Of a stretch of 40,516 bases of DNA, positions 38,194 to 40,516 are shown one piece after another. The DNA lies in the NCBI GenBank assembly GCA_039588295.1, contig JBDHAB010000027.1, forward strand, positions 1 through 40,516, in the 5' to 3' direction. The first letter of the stretch is position 1; each line of letters starts with the position of its first letter. Made by a program: the position numbers and the translations under genes. The DNA is from Gemmatimonadota bacterium. GTDB taxonomy: Bacteria > Gemmatimonadota > Gemmatimonadetes > Gemmatimonadales > GWC2-71-9. Below the pieces are notes generated by a model. The model searched no databases and had not been told where the DNA came from. It saw only the letters and a list, made by a program, of their open reading frames with translations.

Positions 38194-39308
38194 AAGTCCT
38201 CGCCGTGAACTGGCTCGATCGAGAGAATCCGCAGGCAGGCGGCGCCGAAGTCCATTTCTTCGAGATCTTCAGCCGACTCGTGGCCAGGGGGCACCAGGTC
38301 ACGTTGATCGCCTCAGGTTGGCGCGGGGCGCGCCGCCGAACCACGATTGACGGCGTCGCCGTCCATCGGTTCGGTGGCCGTCACAGCTTTGCCTTGAGGG
38401 GACGTGGTGCCGTGCGCCGCGCGCTTCGAGAGCGTGAGTACGATGTGGTGGTGGAGGACATCAACAAGGTGCCGCTGTACCTCGCCGCCGCGACCCGGCT
38501 GCCGCTGTATGTGATCGTGCCCCACCTGTTCGGCACCACGGTGTTTCAGGAGGCCTCCTGGCCGGTGGCAACGGTCGTGTGGGCGGCGGAGAAACCGATC
38601 CCGAGGCTGTACCGACGCGCGGCGTTTCAGGCGATCAGTGACTCCACACGCGACGACCTCGTACGACGTGGGGTCTCCTCCGAAGCGATTCGTGTCGTCT
38701 ACCCTGGGGTGGACGCGGACTGGTACACGCCTGACTCGTCCGTGCGAGACCGCACGCCAACCTTTGTCTACGTGGGCCGGCTCAAACGGTATAAGAGCCT
38801 CGATGTGGCACTGCGCGCGGTAGCGCTGGTACGTGGGGAGATCCCGGACCTTCGGTTGCTCATTGCCGGGGCCGGAGACGAGCGGCAACGTCTCGAGCGC
38901 CTGGCAGTCGATTTGCAGTTGGGCGGAGCGGTCGACTTCTTGGGTTTCGTCGCCGAGGATGCGAAGCGGGAACTGCTGCGGCGGGCCTGGGCCGTCGTAT
39001 TCCCCTCGCCGAAGGAAGGGTGGGGGATTGCCAACGTCGAGGCCGCGGCGTGCGGGACCCCCGCGGTGGCGTCGGACAGTCCCGGCTTGCGCGAGTCGGT
39101 TCGACACGATGAAACTGGAGTGTTGGTCCCTCATGGCGACCCGGTAGCCCTGGCCGATGCCCTACGTCGCCTGAGCAGCGACCCCGGTCTCGTAGCGAGG
39201 TTCGGGAAGACCGCGCGGGCTTTCGCCTCCACGCTCACATGGGAGCGAGCTGCCGACCGAACCGAGGAACACCTTCAGGAAACCGTTCGTGGCGCCCCCC
39301 GAGGGTGA
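38190..39308 (+). CDS. Glycosyltransferase family 4
   Basis: GGAE, YVGRLKRYK, EGWGIANVEAAACGTP (E-x7-E) and ETGVLV motifs; GTGA overlap with nusB. Confidence 0.93.
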   Translation: MKVLAVNWLDRENPQAGGAEVHFFEIFSRLVARGHQVTLIASGWRGARRRTTIDGVAVHRFGGRHSFALRGRGAVRRALREREYDVVVEDINKVPLYLAAATRLPLYVIVPHLFGTTVFQEASWPVATVVWAAEKPIPRLYRRAAFQAISDSTRDDLVRRGVSSEAIRVVYPGVDADWYTPDSSVRDRTPTFVYVGRLKRYKSLDVALRAVALVRGEIPDLRLLIAGAGDERQRLERLAVDLQLGGAVDFLGFVAEDAKRELLRRAWAVVFPSPKEGWGIANVEAAACGTPAVASDSPGLRESVRHDETGVLVPHGDPVALADALRRLSSDPGLVARFGKTARAFASTLTWERAADRTEEHLQETVRGAPRG

Positions 39309-39324
39309 AAGGAGTGTGCGACCC

Positions 39325-39621
39325 ATGCGAACGATTGTGACGGCGCGTCACTGTGAGATTCCCGATGAATTGCGAGAGCGGACCCGGGTGCTCGTCGAGA
39401 AGTTGACGAAAGCGGCCCACCGGCCGCAGCGGGCAGAGGTCGTGTTCGACGTTGGCCACGGACAGAAGGTGGTGGAAATGCAGTTGTACCTGCCGCGAGG
39501 CCAGGTGAAAGTGGCGAGCGCGGAGGCTGACGATTTTCGGACGGCTCTGGATCGGGTCGTGGAGAAGGTGCGGAATCAGCTCGACAAGGTCCCGCGGCGC
39601 CAGGCACGCCGCACGTCGTAG
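39325..39621 (+). CDS. hpf: Ribosome hibernation factor HPF/RaiA (short form)
   Basis: MRTIVTARHCEI...ALDRVVEKVRNQL HPF pattern; AAGGAG Shine-Dalgarno; adjacent to hprK. Confidence 0.85.
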   Translation: MRTIVTARHCEIPDELRERTRVLVEKLTKAAHRPQRAEVVFDVGHGQKVVEMQLYLPRGQVKVASAEADDFRTALDRVVEKVRNQLDKVPRRQARRTS

Positions 39622-39625
39622 TCGC

Positions 39626-40516
39626 ATGCTCACGATTCGCGATTTGCTCGAACGGAAAGGCGACTCGCTGCGCCTGGAGGTCCTGGCCGGCGATGCCGGA
39701 CTCGACAGGGAGATCTCCGTTCCGGAGGTGTCGAGTCCCGGCCTGGTGTTCGCCGGTTTCACCGCCCGATTCGCCGCCGAGCGGCTGCACGCCTTGGGCG
39801 AGACGGAAATCGCGTTTCTCCGTTCGCTGGCAGCGGATGAACGGCGGCGTGTGCTCGAGACGTTCATGGGGTATGAGCTGCCGTGCGTGTTTGTGACCAA
39901 GGGACAGGTGGCCCCGAAGGAGCTACTTCGGTTGGGACGCGATCGGGGCATCCCGGTCATTCGCTCGAAGCTCAGCACCGCGGAATTCTATCGTCGCATC
40001 ACACCCTATCTCACGGAGGTCTTCTCTCCAGCAACCACGCTGCACGCCTCGATGGCCGACGTCTACGGCGTGGGACTGCTATTCGTTGGGCGCTCGGGGA
40101 TCGGGAAGAGCGAGTGCGTGCTGGACTTGGTCGAGCGTGGCCATCGACTGGTGGCCGACGATGTCGTCCACATCACGCAACGCGGAGCCGATGTGCTGAT
40201 CGGGCGCGCCAACGAGCTGTCCCATCGATTCATGGAGATCCGGGGGATTGGACTCGTTGACGTGATGGCCCTGTTTGGCGTTCGCGCGGTGCGCCAGCAG
40301 AAACGCATCGAGGTGGTGGTCGAACTCGAGGCTTGGGACAGCGCACGGGAGCTGGACCGCACAGGCCTGGACAGCCGGACCACCACCATACTCGGGGTCG
40401 AGCTTCCCATGGTCAGTATCCCCCTGAATCCGGGCAAGAACCTCACTGTGATTTGCGAGGTCGTCGCGATGAACCACCTACTGCGCTACAGCGGCGTCGA
40501 CTCAGCGCGACAGTTC
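39626..40516 (+). CDS. hprK: HPr(Ser) kinase/phosphorylase (3'-truncated by window edge)
   Basis: Absent from the ORF track because it has no stop in the window. Manual translation gives SPGLVFAGF, GRSGIGKSE, GHRLVADD, MEIRGIG and PGKNL. Confidence 0.96.
   Translation, partial: MLTIRDLLERKGDSLRLEVLAGDAGLDREISVPEVSSPGLVFAGFTARFAAERLHALGETEIAFLRSLAADERRRVLETFMGYELPCVFVTKGQVAPKELLRLGRDRGIPVIRSKLSTAEFYRRITPYLTEVFSPATTLHASMADVYGVGLLFVGRSGIGKSECVLDLVERGHRLVADDVVHITQRGADVLIGRANELSHRFMEIRGIGLVDVMALFGVRAVRQQKRIEVVVELEAWDSARELDRTGLDSRTTTILGVELPMVSIPLNPGKNLTVICEVVAMNHLLRYSGVDSARQF

Noticed and set aside
1..40516. CRISPR arrays, IS/integrase/prophage genes, defence systems, tRNA/rRNA, selenocysteine or programmed frameshifts
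   Set aside because: No repeat-spacer periodicity or mobility genes seen by eye; recognised genes are full length with no internal stops. mazG is the two-domain housekeeping type with no toxin-antitoxin neighbour.

Overview
High-GC, gene-dense core-chromosome segment; gene order and protein signatures suggest a Gemmatimonadota genome (inference). In order: end of the dcw cluster (ftsW partial, murG, murC, ftsQ, ftsA, ftsZ), M23 peptidase, vWA/MIDAS membrane protein, ftsY, recG; a ~160-190 nt structured intergenic RNA candidate (6S-like); an arsR-arsM pair with two copies of an ATCAAT-N4-ATTGAT operator; a minus-strand trio (PQQ-type beta-propeller lipoprotein, exported hypothetical, pterin dehydratase); asnS; mazG; a long, mostly stop/start-coupled run alr-deoB-cdd-lipoprotein-OM barrel-mtaB-miaB-comEC-fbp-acyl-CoA mutase; then FmdB zinc ribbon-argS-PfkB kinase-purM-ribD-ribE-ribBA-ribH-nusB-GT4-hpf-hprK (partial). 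No mobile element, CRISPR, tRNA or rRNA was seen. Most of the window is housekeeping. The best leads are the structured RNA, the lipoprotein/FadL-like barrel pair (possible BamH/BamG-like module), the doubly operated arsRM unit, and compact embedded or bidirectional promoters with very short leaders. All calls are from motif reading by eye; no searches were run.
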